Shown one piece after another: positions 39,832-49,850 of a DNA stretch of 64,000 nt; the first letter of the stretch is position 1; each line of letters opens with the position of its first letter. Position numbers and translations under genes: made by a program. The stretch covers positions 3,025 to 67,024 of the forward strand of contig CALEHF010000263.1 in the NCBI GenBank assembly GCA_937876125.1, in the 5' to 3' direction. The notes under the pieces were generated by a model that did no database searches, was not told the DNA's origin, and saw only the letters and a list, made by a program, of their open reading frames with translations. The stretch is from an uncultured bacterium. GTDB taxonomy: Bacteria; Planctomycetota; UBA8108; UBA1146.

Positions 39832-40749
39832 CTAGCCCTCGCTCGCATCACAGACGATCAGCGGAACCGTGCCGATCAAGGCGTCGAGCGCATCCGAGAC
39901 AGGCCCCTCGATGGTGGGCAGGATCGGGGCGAGGGCGTCCTCGATGATCGTTGCGAAGATCCCGTTGAGAATTCCGGAGATCAATCCGAGACCGGGACAG
40001 CGGGAGAAGTCGGCGACCGGGTTGGTCACCGCCGGGACGACCGATCCCGGGGTGACCCCGATGATCTCTGACGCCCCCGGCGCGACCGAGATCGTGTCGA
40101 AAGACCCTGTGAGGGACCAGTCGACCGTGATCGCGACATTGCAGCTCACGTTGATCGTGAATGCGGTGATCGTCACGGGGACCACCGGCGCACCGGCGCT
40201 GCCGGTGACCGTGAAGGTGTGAGTCGCGGCGTCGTACGTGACCGCATCCACGGACAGTTCGGCATCCGCCGCAGAGGTCTCGATGGTGACCCCCGATTGC
40301 TCGAACATCTGCGCCGGAATCACGCCGGGGAGCGGCACGGTTCCCGTGATGATCGAAAGACCCGCCGCCACGACCGTCTCGTCCACGCACGTCACCGTGC
40401 CACAGCCGATGAGGTCGAAGGTCGGATCTTCTCCGAGTTCGCCGTACGGCGGCGGGATGGGGTTGGTGCTGTCGAGGAAGAGGAAGATCAACGTGAAGAT
40501 GGTGTCGGCGCAGTCGATCGTCCCGTCATCGTTCGCGTCCGCGGCGTCATCGCAGGGGAGCGGTGCAGATCCGGGCAAGAAGAGGAAATTGAGCGTCGCG
40601 ATCGGGTCCGCGAGGTCCAGGTCACCGTCTTGATTCACGTCCCCGCGAAGAAAGGGTTGGTCGATCAGACCCGCGGTCAGCGCGGGAGTGAATCCGGTGA
40701 GAAGCGTGGCGATGGACAAGATCAGGACACGTCGCATGATCGGCTCCAA
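39832..40749 (-). CDS. Secreted protein with N-terminal double dockerin-like module (family member D); first gene inside tRNA-Arg island
   Basis: Signal peptide MRRVLILSIATLLTG; FLRGDVNQDGDLDLADPIATLNFLF...PCDDAADANDDGTIDCADTIFTLIFLF...PIPPPYGELGEDPTFDLIGC. Confidence 0.6.
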   Translation of the reverse strand: MEPIMRRVLILSIATLLTGFTPALTAGLIDQPFLRGDVNQDGDLDLADPIATLNFLFLPGSAPLPCDDAADANDDGTIDCADTIFTLIFLFLDSTNPIPPPYGELGEDPTFDLIGCGTVTCVDETVVAAGLSIITGTVPLPGVIPAQMFEQSGVTIETSAADAELSVDAVTYDAATHTFTVTGSAGAPVVPVTITAFTINVSCNVAITVDWSLTGSFDTISVAPGASEIIGVTPGSVVPAVTNPVADFSRCPGLGLISGILNGIFATIIEDALAPILPTIEGPVSDALDALIGTVPLIVCDASEG

Positions 40750-41537
40750 TGCTCGGTCGGCGTAGGGAGAACGTTAGTCGCAGACAATAGCGGCGTCGTC
40801 AGGATCAAGGCAGCGACCGCGTCGCTCACTTTGGTTTCGAGTCCGGCAAGTATCGGATCGATCGCGTCGGTTAACCTGACCGCGCCCACCGTCAATTCGG
40901 CGTCCGCCGTCATGATACCGACCGTCACTCCCGATTGCGTAATCGTTTGGGCGAGGACCGCACGGGAAGAAGAAGGGCTGAGACAGTCACAGGGGCCCCC
41001 GAAGGTCTTCGCATGAGGGGCTTTGCGACTTCCCAACGGCACAGTGAGAGCCCGGTGGTTGCGCACGTCTTAAGTCCACCAACGTCCGCAAGATTCCCGG
41101 CAAGCGGTCTCGCAAGCGCGCTCGAGACAAGGGAGGCAGCTTTCCCCCGCGCGGCGCGGATCACCCATTGCGGAAAGAGTCTTGAGATTTTTGGTGTCTC
41201 GCTAGGAGATGGAATCGAGCTGGATGGGTCGGTAAGGTCCTCATTCAGATACGTGAGTCGATCAAGGATGGAAAAGTTCAAACGCGCGCTGATGCCCTCG
41301 CCCTGATTGAGGAGCTTACTCAGAAGGTCCGGACTGATTCTTGTATGACTGAACTCTGGGTCCGGGTTGTCGAGTTCGTGAGCGACTCAGAGCTTCGTCG
41401 CTCACCCTGTTCCGATCTCGCTGAGAGGGTGGTCGGCGCAAGGCCAGTGGTGCCTCGCGAATCTGGGGGAATACGATTCGACATTGAAGTGATGGCGTGG
41501 ACACGAGCATCCAAGTGAAGCGATGACAGGAGGCCAA

Positions 41538-42380
41538 ATGAAGTGGTTCTGGGTGGGTCTCCTGTGGGGACTCCTCGTTCCCGGGAGTGCACGATCTGCT
41601 GAGCTCGACATCTGGACGTTCAACCTACGTTACGCGAGCACGTCGAATCCCAACTCGTGGGAGGCGCGGCGTCCCGTCGTGAAGGCGCTCTTGAGCTTCG
41701 AACAGCCTGACATCATCGGGACTCAGGAGGGACTGTACGCTCAGGTGCGGGACATCGACGCGGACCTTCCCGCGTACGACTGGATCGGGACGGGTCGAGA
41801 AGGGGGAAGCCGCGGAGAATTCATGGCGATCTTCTACCGCGCGGAACGGTTCGAGCCGATCGCGTTCGACCATCGCTGGCTCTCGAACACGCCCCGCGTG
41901 GTCGGCTCCAAGAGTTGGGGCAACTCCGTCGTGCGCATGGTCACGTGGGTCGAGTTTCGAGATCGCCGCGACGGGACGCGCTTCATCGTCGTCAACACCC
42001 ACTTCGACCACGAGAGCGAAATCTCCAGAATGAAGAGTGCGGAATTTCTGGCCCAACTCGTGGGCGAGCTCGACCCGAAGCTGCCGGTGCTCATCACCGG
42101 GGACTTCAACGCTCCCGCGATGACGAGTGCCACATACCAAGCCCTCGTGAACCACGACGTCATCGACACCTGGACCGAAGCCACATCGAAGTCCGAAGTC
42201 TACGCGACCTATCACGGTTACCGGGGCCCGAAGAAGGACGGCGCGCGCATCGACTGGGTGCTCGCTCGCGGCGTCGCTTCCGTCACGAGCGCGAAGATCC
42301 ATACGGACTCGAAGGACGGCCAGTACCCGAGCGACCATTTCCCGGTATCGGCCGCGGTGCGGCTCACCGCACCGCGGTAG
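41538..42380 (+). CDS. Secreted endonuclease/exonuclease/phosphatase (EEP) family protein
   Basis: EEP motifs LDIWTFNLRY..., IIGTQE, VVNTHFDHES, ITGDFNA, SDHFPV; signal peptide; AGGAGG RBS. Confidence 0.8.
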   Translation: MKWFWVGLLWGLLVPGSARSAELDIWTFNLRYASTSNPNSWEARRPVVKALLSFEQPDIIGTQEGLYAQVRDIDADLPAYDWIGTGREGGSRGEFMAIFYRAERFEPIAFDHRWLSNTPRVVGSKSWGNSVVRMVTWVEFRDRRDGTRFIVVNTHFDHESEISRMKSAEFLAQLVGELDPKLPVLITGDFNAPAMTSATYQALVNHDVIDTWTEATSKSEVYATYHGYRGPKKDGARIDWVLARGVASVTSAKIHTDSKDGQYPSDHFPVSAAVRLTAPR

Positions 42381-42840
42381 CCAACAGGAAGCCGATCCGA
42401 ACGAACTCAGCGAGCGGCCAATCCCACCACCCCGGGACCACAGACAGGTGCTGTCACCACTCGCCAGTTCGAAACCTTCGCTGAAATTGCTCCAGCAAGG
42501 CCGATTCTTCCCCGAGGCGTGGAGCCTTCAGTTCTCAGGAGTGATCTGCTCTTTCTCCAAGCCCTCCGCTTCTTCCCGGTGCTTCAGTACTGACCAAGCA
42601 AGATCAGGCCCAAGGCGGCGCCGCTCCGTCTCGATGGCGCCACTCTGAACTCCACTCTGCCCCCCACGCCCCTCCCGCCCTGCCCCCTGCACGTTCGCAA
42701 CGAGACATCGCACACACTCGGCGGCCTCGGCGTAGAAGCCGCGCGACGCCCAGGGCGATCGTCAGCAACCCAAGTCGACCCTGGAAGGAGCCCATCATCG
42801 ATTGCGGAAGCAGCGAACGCTCTGCTAAAGTCCCTCCGCA

Positions 42841-43344
42841 ATGTCCAAGTCACTCGAACTCCATCGAAGACCGCCGCAAGCGCGCCCTCTGTTTTGCCAG
42901 CTGTTCGCACTCTTGCTGATCGGGTCGAACCTCCTCGTCCCGATCCTGCACGGCTTAGCGCACACCCACTCTCCTGAGTTCATCGCGTCCGGCCCCACCG
43001 CACGCGCCTCTCACTCTCACTCTCACTCTCACTCGCACGCTCACGCGCATGTGCGAGACGGGGCATATCACCATTCGCGCTCTCCTTCCCACGCTTGTTC
43101 TGCCGCTACCAGCAGAGCAAAGCTCGCAAGCCGCGACCCAGCAAATGCGCCGGATCACGACCATCGCACCTGCCTGGTCTGCCAAGCGTTGGCGGGATCA
43201 TGGACTTGGGAACGGCCCGCTCCATCGGCGCTGTTGTGCTCCGCGAGCGGAATCACAGCCCCCACTCGCCACTCATCGGTTTCTCTTCACCGACGTCTCG
43301 ATCTCAGCGCGCGAGCGTCGCGCGCCCCACCTCTCTGGGGATAG
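42841..43344 (+). CDS. Small His-rich (HSHSHSHSHAHAH) putative metal-binding protein
   Basis: N-terminal hydrophobic segment then H-x-H repeat encoded by (CACTCT)4 hexanucleotide tandem repeat at 43011-43034; remaining sequence low complexity. Gene call moderate. Confidence 0.4.
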   Translation: MSKSLELHRRPPQARPLFCQLFALLLIGSNLLVPILHGLAHTHSPEFIASGPTARASHSHSHSHSHAHAHVRDGAYHHSRSPSHACSAATSRAKLASRDPANAPDHDHRTCLVCQALAGSWTWERPAPSALLCSASGITAPTRHSSVSLHRRLDLSARASRAPPLWG

Positions 43345-43494
43345 CGCCTCGCCGCAGTTTCTGCGGCCAGAAGCACATCGTGGCATTCTGAATAGGCCTT
43401 CCTTCGAAGGCCGGTCGATCCCCCACCATCGCCTTCGCTGCGCCCTTTCGATCGGAAGGTCGATCCGCAGCGCCGTGCGCCCAGAGGAGAAAAC

Positions 43495-44925
43495 ATGAAC
43501 AGCTCCCTCAGCCCCTGCGGCGAGTTCTCTGCCCGAATTCGTTGCCTGCTCACCGTCGCGGTCTTGACGCTCCCGTCCCTCTCTGCGATTGCCCAAGATC
43601 ACGATCACTCGAGTGAGAGCCCAGCCGATGCCCCGCAAGTGCTCGCTGGGCCACTGCTCGATTCGTCACAGCTCGATACGTCACTGGTCGATCAATCCAG
43701 GGGTCTCGAACTGGACCAGGACCACTCCCACGAAGCGCAGAGCGATGACCTCGCTTCGCACGAAGCGGGACCGGTCACCTTGCGGCTCACCGACCTCTCG
43801 CTCAATCTGCTTCTCGCCCTGGGCACCTCGACCGAGCGCGATGCCTCTCTCGAGTCTCTCCAAGGAGGGGGCCACGATCCGCGCAAGCGCGGGATCACGC
43901 TGCAGAATCTCGAGTTCTCCATCGCCGGTGCTGTCGACCCGTACTTCTCGGCCGAGACGCACCTCATCTTCTTCGTCGACCCGATCGAGGGAGAATCGAT
44001 CTTCGAAGTCGAGGAGGCCTTTCTCACGACGCAGCAGCTCCCTTTCCATCTCGAAGAACACGGACTCGAGCTCGAACTCGGGCAGATGTTCACGGAGTTC
44101 GGATTGCTGAACCCCCGCCACCCCCACACTTGGGATTGGCTGGACCAGCCGATCATCAACTCGCGGCTCTTCGGACCCGATGGGATGCGGAGCCCGGGGG
44201 TGCGCCTCGAATGGCAAACGCCACTTTCTTGGTACTCGGCGGTTCACGTCGGCATGCAGAACGCCAACGGCGAATCTATGGCGAGCTTTCTCGCCTCCGA
44301 TGAGTTCTTTGGAGAGCGGCCGATCGGCGGGGTGGGGTTCGAGGATCGAGAAGTGCGGTCGCTGCGCGACTTCGTCTACCTCACGCGGTGGCAGAACGCT
44401 GGGTCACTTTCTCCCGAGGTCTCGGGAAAGATTGGAATCTCCGGCCTCATCGGTCCCAATGCGAGTGGGGCAGATGGCCAAACGATCGTCGCCGGAGGAG
44501 ATCTCCTGATCGAGTGGCGCCCCCAACGTGAGGACTCTGCCCCCTTGGTCACCTGGCAGACCGAAGTCATGCAGCGGGACTATGAGGTCGATGACCAAGC
44601 CGCGCTCTTGCCGGGGGAAGATCTCGGGGACTGGGGGATGTACTCGCAGCTCCTCTGGAGTTTCCACCCCAATTGGGCTGCGGGTCTCCGCTATGAGTTT
44701 GTGTCGGGGAGCGGCAGCAGTGTCGGGGGGCGTGACGCCGATCCATTCCGCGACGATCGTCAGCGCATCGCACCGCTGATCGCGTGGGAAGCGAGCCACT
44801 TCTCGCGCGTGCGATTCCAGTACAACTACGACCAGGCCGAACACCTCGAGGACTCCGCCCACTCATTCTGGATCGGGTTCGAGGTGATGTTGGGGACGCA
44901 CCGGCAGCATGAGACAAGGAGGTAA
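43495..44925 (+). CDS. Outer-membrane beta-barrel protein with His/Asp-rich N-terminal region (CopB/PcoB-like metal-resistance porin candidate)
   Basis: Signal peptide (AVLTLPSLSAIAQD). N-terminal DHDHSSES...DQDHSHEAQSDD His-rich region. C-terminal ~330 aa with alternating amphipathic strands ending RVRFQYNYDQ; GAGGAG RBS. Confidence 0.45.
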   Translation: MNSSLSPCGEFSARIRCLLTVAVLTLPSLSAIAQDHDHSSESPADAPQVLAGPLLDSSQLDTSLVDQSRGLELDQDHSHEAQSDDLASHEAGPVTLRLTDLSLNLLLALGTSTERDASLESLQGGGHDPRKRGITLQNLEFSIAGAVDPYFSAETHLIFFVDPIEGESIFEVEEAFLTTQQLPFHLEEHGLELELGQMFTEFGLLNPRHPHTWDWLDQPIINSRLFGPDGMRSPGVRLEWQTPLSWYSAVHVGMQNANGESMASFLASDEFFGERPIGGVGFEDREVRSLRDFVYLTRWQNAGSLSPEVSGKIGISGLIGPNASGADGQTIVAGGDLLIEWRPQREDSAPLVTWQTEVMQRDYEVDDQAALLPGEDLGDWGMYSQLLWSFHPNWAAGLRYEFVSGSGSSVGGRDADPFRDDRQRIAPLIAWEASHFSRVRFQYNYDQAEHLEDSAHSFWIGFEVMLGTHRQHETRR

Positions 44926-45306
44926 CGCGCGCGCGGAGACTGGTCGCCGGAAGGAGGAAGTTCAGCGATCTCGACGTCGAGCCAAGACCGAGTCGATCGC
45001 GTGGACCACATTCTCGAGTTTGGGTGGATTGAGCGCGTCAGGATGCGACGAAGCGCACCGGCGTGAGTCATTGTCGAGGTACTGACCGGAAGCGGCAGCG
45101 AAGCATGGTGACGGATGCACAGGTAGCTGGACTCGGCTGGGGCGGACATCGCCTCCCCCTTCGCGCAATTGTGACGACTGCGGCCGCGCGCCGGGGGGCG
45201 AATTGAAAATCTTGGTTGGCGTCATGCGATCCACCGCCTACCCTCGCAACACTGATCGGGGTGCCGACGAAGCACTCCGGACCCTCCATCCAAGAGAGGA
45301 CATCGG

Positions 45307-46128
45307 GTGCCACGCATGAAGTTGCTGATTTGTTTTGCTGCCATACTTCACCTCACTCTTCCCTTGATCGGTCAGACCGGTGGTCAGTTTCAGGACTGGA
45401 AACGTGACGCTGCGAAGGCAGAGACTTCAGAGGATCGAATCGGGGCCCTCAACCGTATTGCGTGCGCGTCAGCTGAGGAGGCCAAAGCCTCCGAGATCGT
45501 GCGAGCGATCGCGGCCTCGCTGAAGGACGTCAATACCGGCGTTCGCGTACATGCCGCTTGATTACTCGGACAGTGCGAGGACCAGAACGATGCGCTGAGG
45601 AAACTAAAGTCGGCCCTCACCAGTGGCCGCAGTTCATTCCTCAAGGCACAGAAGGTCTTGAGAGTGACGGAGGACCAACGCTTTGCCACGATTCTCCGCT
45701 GGTGGGACATCAAGAACGACCCAAAGTCGGAGAGCGCGGCGGAGTCGGGGTCGTACCTCGCGGTTCTCGCGGCTGAACTCGCTCTCCTTGAAGACTACCT
45801 GGCCGCGCAGCGCAGACGAGACCGCGGACGAGAGTTCTGTCTCGCGATTTGCGAGAGCCTCTCGAAGCTGGAACAGGAGGCGGCTGCCGCCGAGGCCGCG
45901 GTCCTCAAGTTCTATGAAAAAGTCGCCGCGAAGTCGGTCGATCAGTGTGCCCCGTTCGCGCCGATTCTGCTCTCCTTCGGAACGCGACCCTGCTGGGCTG
46001 CGGTCGCAGAGTGCATCGAGGAGAACGATGCGCTTCTTCGCACCTGGAAAACGCGCCGCGAGCTCATAGACTCGTACGAGGCCAGGCGCGCCGAGGGCTC
46101 GCCGACAAAGCCTTCTCCATTCGAGTGA
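45307..46128 (+). pseudogene. Secreted HEAT-repeat protein interrupted by in-frame TGA at 45559-45561
   Basis: ORFs 45307..45561 and 45658..46128 share one frame; only stop between them is TGA at the variable position of a HEAT repeat (VRVHAA-*-LLGQ). No SECIS-like hairpin. Confidence 0.4.
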
Positions 46129-47206
46129 CCTTGTGGTCAAGAAGTAGACAAGCTTCGGAATCGGAGACACTCACCATCTTGGCAACAGTGCGGTGAGTGC
46201 GTCGGAGCAAGTGGCCGGTCTCTGAGGGCAGCGACTTCTCGCGCCACGTGGCGGTGGCGATCACCTTCTTCCCGTCATTCGACCGCGACGGGAATAAGTA
46301 GGGGTTGGGTCCGAAGAGAGCCTCTCCGACTCGAAGTGCTTCCTCGACGATCTCGATCATGGTGTCAGACAACGGCAGGTCGAAGCTACGGCCGCTCTTC
46401 ATGCGAGGTATCCGGATCGCGCGATTCTCCAGGTCGACTCAGTCTCGCCTCAGGCTCACCAGAGTCCCCGGGCGTAAACCTGAGAACAGCCCAAGCTGGT
46501 GCATGCAGCGACGAATCGGATTGTTCAACGCGACAACCTTTGCCAACCAACCGGGGAGATCCTCGGGCAAGATCACCTTGTCGGAGATTCTCTCCTTGTG
46601 ACGCGTCACGGCTGCCGTCGGGTTGGCGGGCAGGGAATCCGGGTCGTCTACCACTCGGAGTGCGAAGTCGTAGGCACTCCGCAATGCCGCCATAGACCGA
46701 TTCGCGGGGTACTTCCCGTGGTCCTTGGTGAGCTGCTCGTGGCGTGCTCGGCATGTGCTCCGTTTCAGCTCGGTGATCGGGAGCTCCGCCCAGTCCGCGA
46801 GGTACTTCGTGAGCATGTAGCGGAATCCGTCGATCGACCGGGGCGACAACTATCGCTTCGTAATGTCCGCTTCGTACTCGTCCCAGAGCCGAGCGACCGT
46901 CCAGGCCTCGGCGTGCTGAGAAGGGGCGTTGGGATCGATCCCACGCTTGATGTCAGCAAGCAGGGTCATGGCTTGTGACCGAGCGTCGTCGAGGATGATC
47001 TCCCCGACCCGGCCGAGCGTTCTCCGCACAGTCCGAACGAGCCTTCGTCGAGGCCGCTCCCCGGTGTAGAGATCAGCCTGGATCTTGAAGGACTTGGACT
47101 TCTGATTCACTTGGACGAAAAAGCCAGGGAGGGCGGAGTCGCGAAGCTGGTACGGCTTCCCGTTGAACTTGGCGTCTCGTATCTTGGCGTCGGTGAGTCG
47201 TGGCAT
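46064..47206 (-). pseudogene. Degenerate P4-type tyrosine integrase (three same-frame fragments separated by TAG and TGA, C-terminus lacking catalytic Tyr)
   Basis: N-terminal Arm-binding domain LTDAKIRDAKFNGKPYQLRDSALPGFFVQV. Core-binding fragment, then catalytic fragment with HLLRRTHRTVA / LLLDHK box II-like motifs. In-frame stops at 46850-46852 (TAG) and 46439-46441 (TGA). Confidence 0.7.
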
Positions 47207-47359
47207 GGCAGCTTCCTCTCGCGAACCGTGTGCGTGGGAAGCCCGAACCGTGTGCGAACCGTGGCACTAGCCGGTTGGCGAAGGTTCCTGTAGAAGTATT
47301 CGATACTAAGTGCTTATAGGCAAGGGACCTGACGGTCTGGGACGCGTAAGCCCTTGCGA

Positions 47360-47404
47360 TTCCTAAGCGGCAGGTCACAGGTTCGAATCCTGTACGGGGT
47401 ACTT
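47360..47404 (+). repeat. attR-like 45-bp direct repeat of tRNA-Arg 3' end
   Basis: Exact copy of 39559-39603 with no upstream D-arm/acceptor, so a fragment rather than a tRNA gene. Together with the integrase remnant at 46064-47206 it defines a ~7.8-kb integrated element (39604-47359). Confidence 0.8.
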
Positions 47405-47605
47405 TCACAGCTTGGCGGCCCAGCTCACAACCGTCCGTTCCACAAAGCAACGGGCTGGAGGTGCTCCCCCATCCACTCTGGAAGGTGATGTCCGGCGAAG
47501 AGCCAGTGCCCGACGGGAAGAGCACGCATTGCTCTCCGTTCATGTACCTTTGCCGCGCTCGCTCGTGGCTCGCGAGGAATGACTTTTCGCCTTGGATCGT
47601 AGCGA

Positions 47606-47674
47606 GCAGCCGCTCGAGGGGGTGCCTCGCGGATCGTGCGGAAGACCTTTGTGGATTAGGGGCTTGAGGGGGGT
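47606..47674 (+). repeat. 65-bp direct repeat R1 (partner at 51631-51697), contains GTCTGTGACCG core motif
   Basis: First 26 nt ggatcgtgcggaagacctttgtggat identical in both copies, remainder ~80% identical. Confidence 0.75.
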
Positions 47675-47740
47675 CTGTGACCGTCCCTTGGTCCCATGAC
47701 CGCGAGGCTCTCCGGAGAAAGTCTACTGTCCCGCCCTTCC

Positions 47741-48994
47741 TTATTCAGCGGCGTGCCCGAAAACGACGACGAAGGCGAGGATCAGAATGAGACCACCAAA
47801 TCGGATTCTCTCGAAGAAACAGCGCCAGCCACTCGTGCACTCTCCGGCGGCGAGCCAAGCATTGATACCCTGCAGCAAGTAGTAGAAGGCGAAGGCGCGC
47901 GAGGCGATGCTGATGATCTCAAAAATTTCGGCGAACCAAACGAGAGCGATCGCAGCGGCAGTGATGACGAGATAGCTGCGACGCACGTCGAGTTTTTGCT
48001 CGGTGTTCTCCGCCATGAGACCGCCGCCGCCCACGGTGTCGGCGACCGCGGCGCTGAACTGGCTCATAACTGCGGCGATGACGAGCATTGCAGGAAGCAC
48101 GGGAGAAACTTGGCGCGTGAGTTCGATGATGGCGGTCTCATCGGGATCGGTTCCTTTGAGATGAGCAAGGAGAGGGAGAGCGAGAAGAACGAAAACCACG
48201 TAGATGACGCCCGACACGAACTGCGCTTGGCGCATGCTGCTGATGCGAGTCTCGACGTCGTATCCCTCACCGAGATAGCGCGAAGTTTCGAACCCCTGCA
48301 CGATGAGGAGCAATCCAGCGAGAAGGCGGACCTGATGAAAGGGGTCATGATCCTTGATCGGGATGGTGTTCGCGAAGACTTCGCCTCCAGAACCGAGGTC
48401 GAACATGCCGAGACCGAGGAGGACCGCGGCGATGATCGCCAGCTTCACGGTGACAGAGAACGCTTCGAGCCGTTCGAGGGCGTGCAGTCCGCGGGTGAAC
48501 CCGGTGAAGCCGATGAAGACAAGGATCGAAGTGGTGAGGAGTTTTGCGTAGGCGCCGACGTCTTGACTGGTTCCATAGAGAAGGAACGAGGCGAGAAGCC
48601 GGACATAAAACGTGACCGAAACGATGTAGGCGGCGGACAGAGCAAGTCCCGAGACCTTCTCGACCAGCCAAATGCTGCGCGGGGGGATGACGTGGTTGAC
48701 AACGAGGGGTTCGACGTGGCGGATATTGAATCGAATGATGCCACCAATGCCGTAGGCGAACAGAACGATCGCAATCATCGCCACCGGGGCGGCATTTCCC
48801 ACGATCACGGCGACGAGAGGCGCCGCAACGAGAAATCCGCTTCCGATGATCGATGCCAACGGTGTGACGGTGGCCTGCCATCGGGCAGACCTCCGCACCT
48901 GGGGTGAGAACAGCCACGCGGCAGTCGCGGCCGCGGCGCCAAGGATGCCGAAGTCGATCAGGGACATAGGGTTGAGTCTACCCCTTTCCGCCAC
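47741..48994 (-). CDS. Polytopic membrane protein (transporter-like), unknown function
   Basis: About 10-12 predicted TM helices, no clear family signature. Confidence 0.5.
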   Translation of the reverse strand: MAERGRLNPMSLIDFGILGAAAATAAWLFSPQVRRSARWQATVTPLASIIGSGFLVAAPLVAVIVGNAAPVAMIAIVLFAYGIGGIIRFNIRHVEPLVVNHVIPPRSIWLVEKVSGLALSAAYIVSVTFYVRLLASFLLYGTSQDVGAYAKLLTTSILVFIGFTGFTRGLHALERLEAFSVTVKLAIIAAVLLGLGMFDLGSGGEVFANTIPIKDHDPFHQVRLLAGLLLIVQGFETSRYLGEGYDVETRISSMRQAQFVSGVIYVVFVLLALPLLAHLKGTDPDETAIIELTRQVSPVLPAMLVIAAVMSQFSAAVADTVGGGGLMAENTEQKLDVRRSYLVITAAAIALVWFAEIFEIISIASRAFAFYYLLQGINAWLAAGECTSGWRCFFERIRFGGLILILAFVVVFGHAAE

Positions 48995-49374
48995 TCGCCA
49001 GCACCGCGAATGCGAGAGCCGGGTGAGTCAATGTTGGCAACCGACGATCCTACCAGCCTCCCTCAAACTTCGAGGCTGGCGAAGACGCTGACCCCAGCCT
49101 TGTCGAGCTTCTGCTGGATGCGCGCCAGCGCCCCGAGCTTATCGTCTCCCCGAACGCGGAGAGCGGGGTGGGGCTCGTCCCCAGCATGCCCCCCCGCTTC
49201 GACGAGATCAGGCTTGTCGGACGTCCCGAGCACCGCGGTGATCTTACGCTCACGCGCGTCGTAAACTTCTTCATCGTCAGCAGGCTCTTCCCTGGATTCG
49301 TTTGGGGAATGGCTGCATTCCTCGCGATGCTCGAGTAGTCCCTGGAAGCACGGAACGGGTGTCCGCACCCGCCT

Positions 49375-49845
49375 CTACCCCCACCTCAACGCGAGAGCGA
49401 AGAGAGCCGCGGCCGCGAGTGGCGCGGCGGTCCTCACGTGATTCCAACGAGTCCATCGAGCGAGATAATGAGTCCAAAACTCGGCAGCGTCCTCCTCATG
49501 CGCTTCAACAGCTGCCAATCGGTTGTTCAGCGGCACGTTGAAGGCGATGGTCACGAGCAGACAGCCGATCAGGTAGAGGCCACTCCCCACGAGCGTCAGG
49601 ATGAGCGGAACACCGATGGCCTGACCGAGAGCGACGATGACCAAGGCGATACACACGACCCCCGTTCCGAAGAAAGCCCCGAGGAACCAAGGGTTCAGGA
49701 CCGTGATGTTGATCGCTTGCATGGCACGCACTCCCGATTTTTCTGGGAGTTGACCGAGAGCGCGCAACACGAAGGTGGAGGACGCAAAGAAGATCCCGGC
49801 GACCAAACCGGAGCCGAGCAGGGCAACGAAGGTCAAAATTTTGCC
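49375..49845 (-). CDS. DUF1772-like small membrane protein
   Basis: Four hydrophobic helices, pattern similar to anthrone oxygenase-like/DUF1772 proteins; ORF-track 5' end overlaps transposase stop, true start likely internal. Confidence 0.4.
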   Translation of the reverse strand, partial: GKILTFVALLGSGLVAGIFFASSTFVLRALGQLPEKSGVRAMQAINITVLNPWFLGAFFGTGVVCIALVIVALGQAIGVPLILTLVGSGLYLIGCLLVTIAFNVPLNNRLAAVEAHEEDAAEFWTHYLARWTRWNHVRTAAPLAAAALFALALRWG

Positions 49846-49850
49846 TCTCC

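Larger units (their letters stand above)
39604..47359. mobile_element. Decayed tRNA-Arg-associated integrative genomic island (~7.8 kb)
   Basis: Flanked by 45-bp direct repeats derived from tRNA-Arg 3' end. Contains degenerate integrase, His-rich protein, CopB-like OM protein, EEP nuclease, dockerin-module gene, disrupted HEAT gene. Confidence 0.65.

Noticed and set aside
40750-41520. Possible gene in the 770-bp gap between the divergent dockerin-module gene D and the EEP gene
   Set aside because: ORFs there are short, overlapping and compositionally atypical; more likely a divergent promoter region.
45559-45561. Second selenocysteine codon in the HEAT-repeat gene
   Set aside because: Non-catalytic position, no Cys context, no downstream SECIS-like structure, gene sits in a decaying island.
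46439-46852. Stop-codon read-through/recoding in the integrase
   Set aside because: Two different stop codons (TAG, TGA) plus missing catalytic Tyr region indicate simple pseudogenisation.
47341-47404. Second tRNA-Arg gene
   Set aside because: Only the 3' 45 nt match; no D-arm or 5' acceptor strand upstream. It is an att-site repeat, not a tRNA gene.
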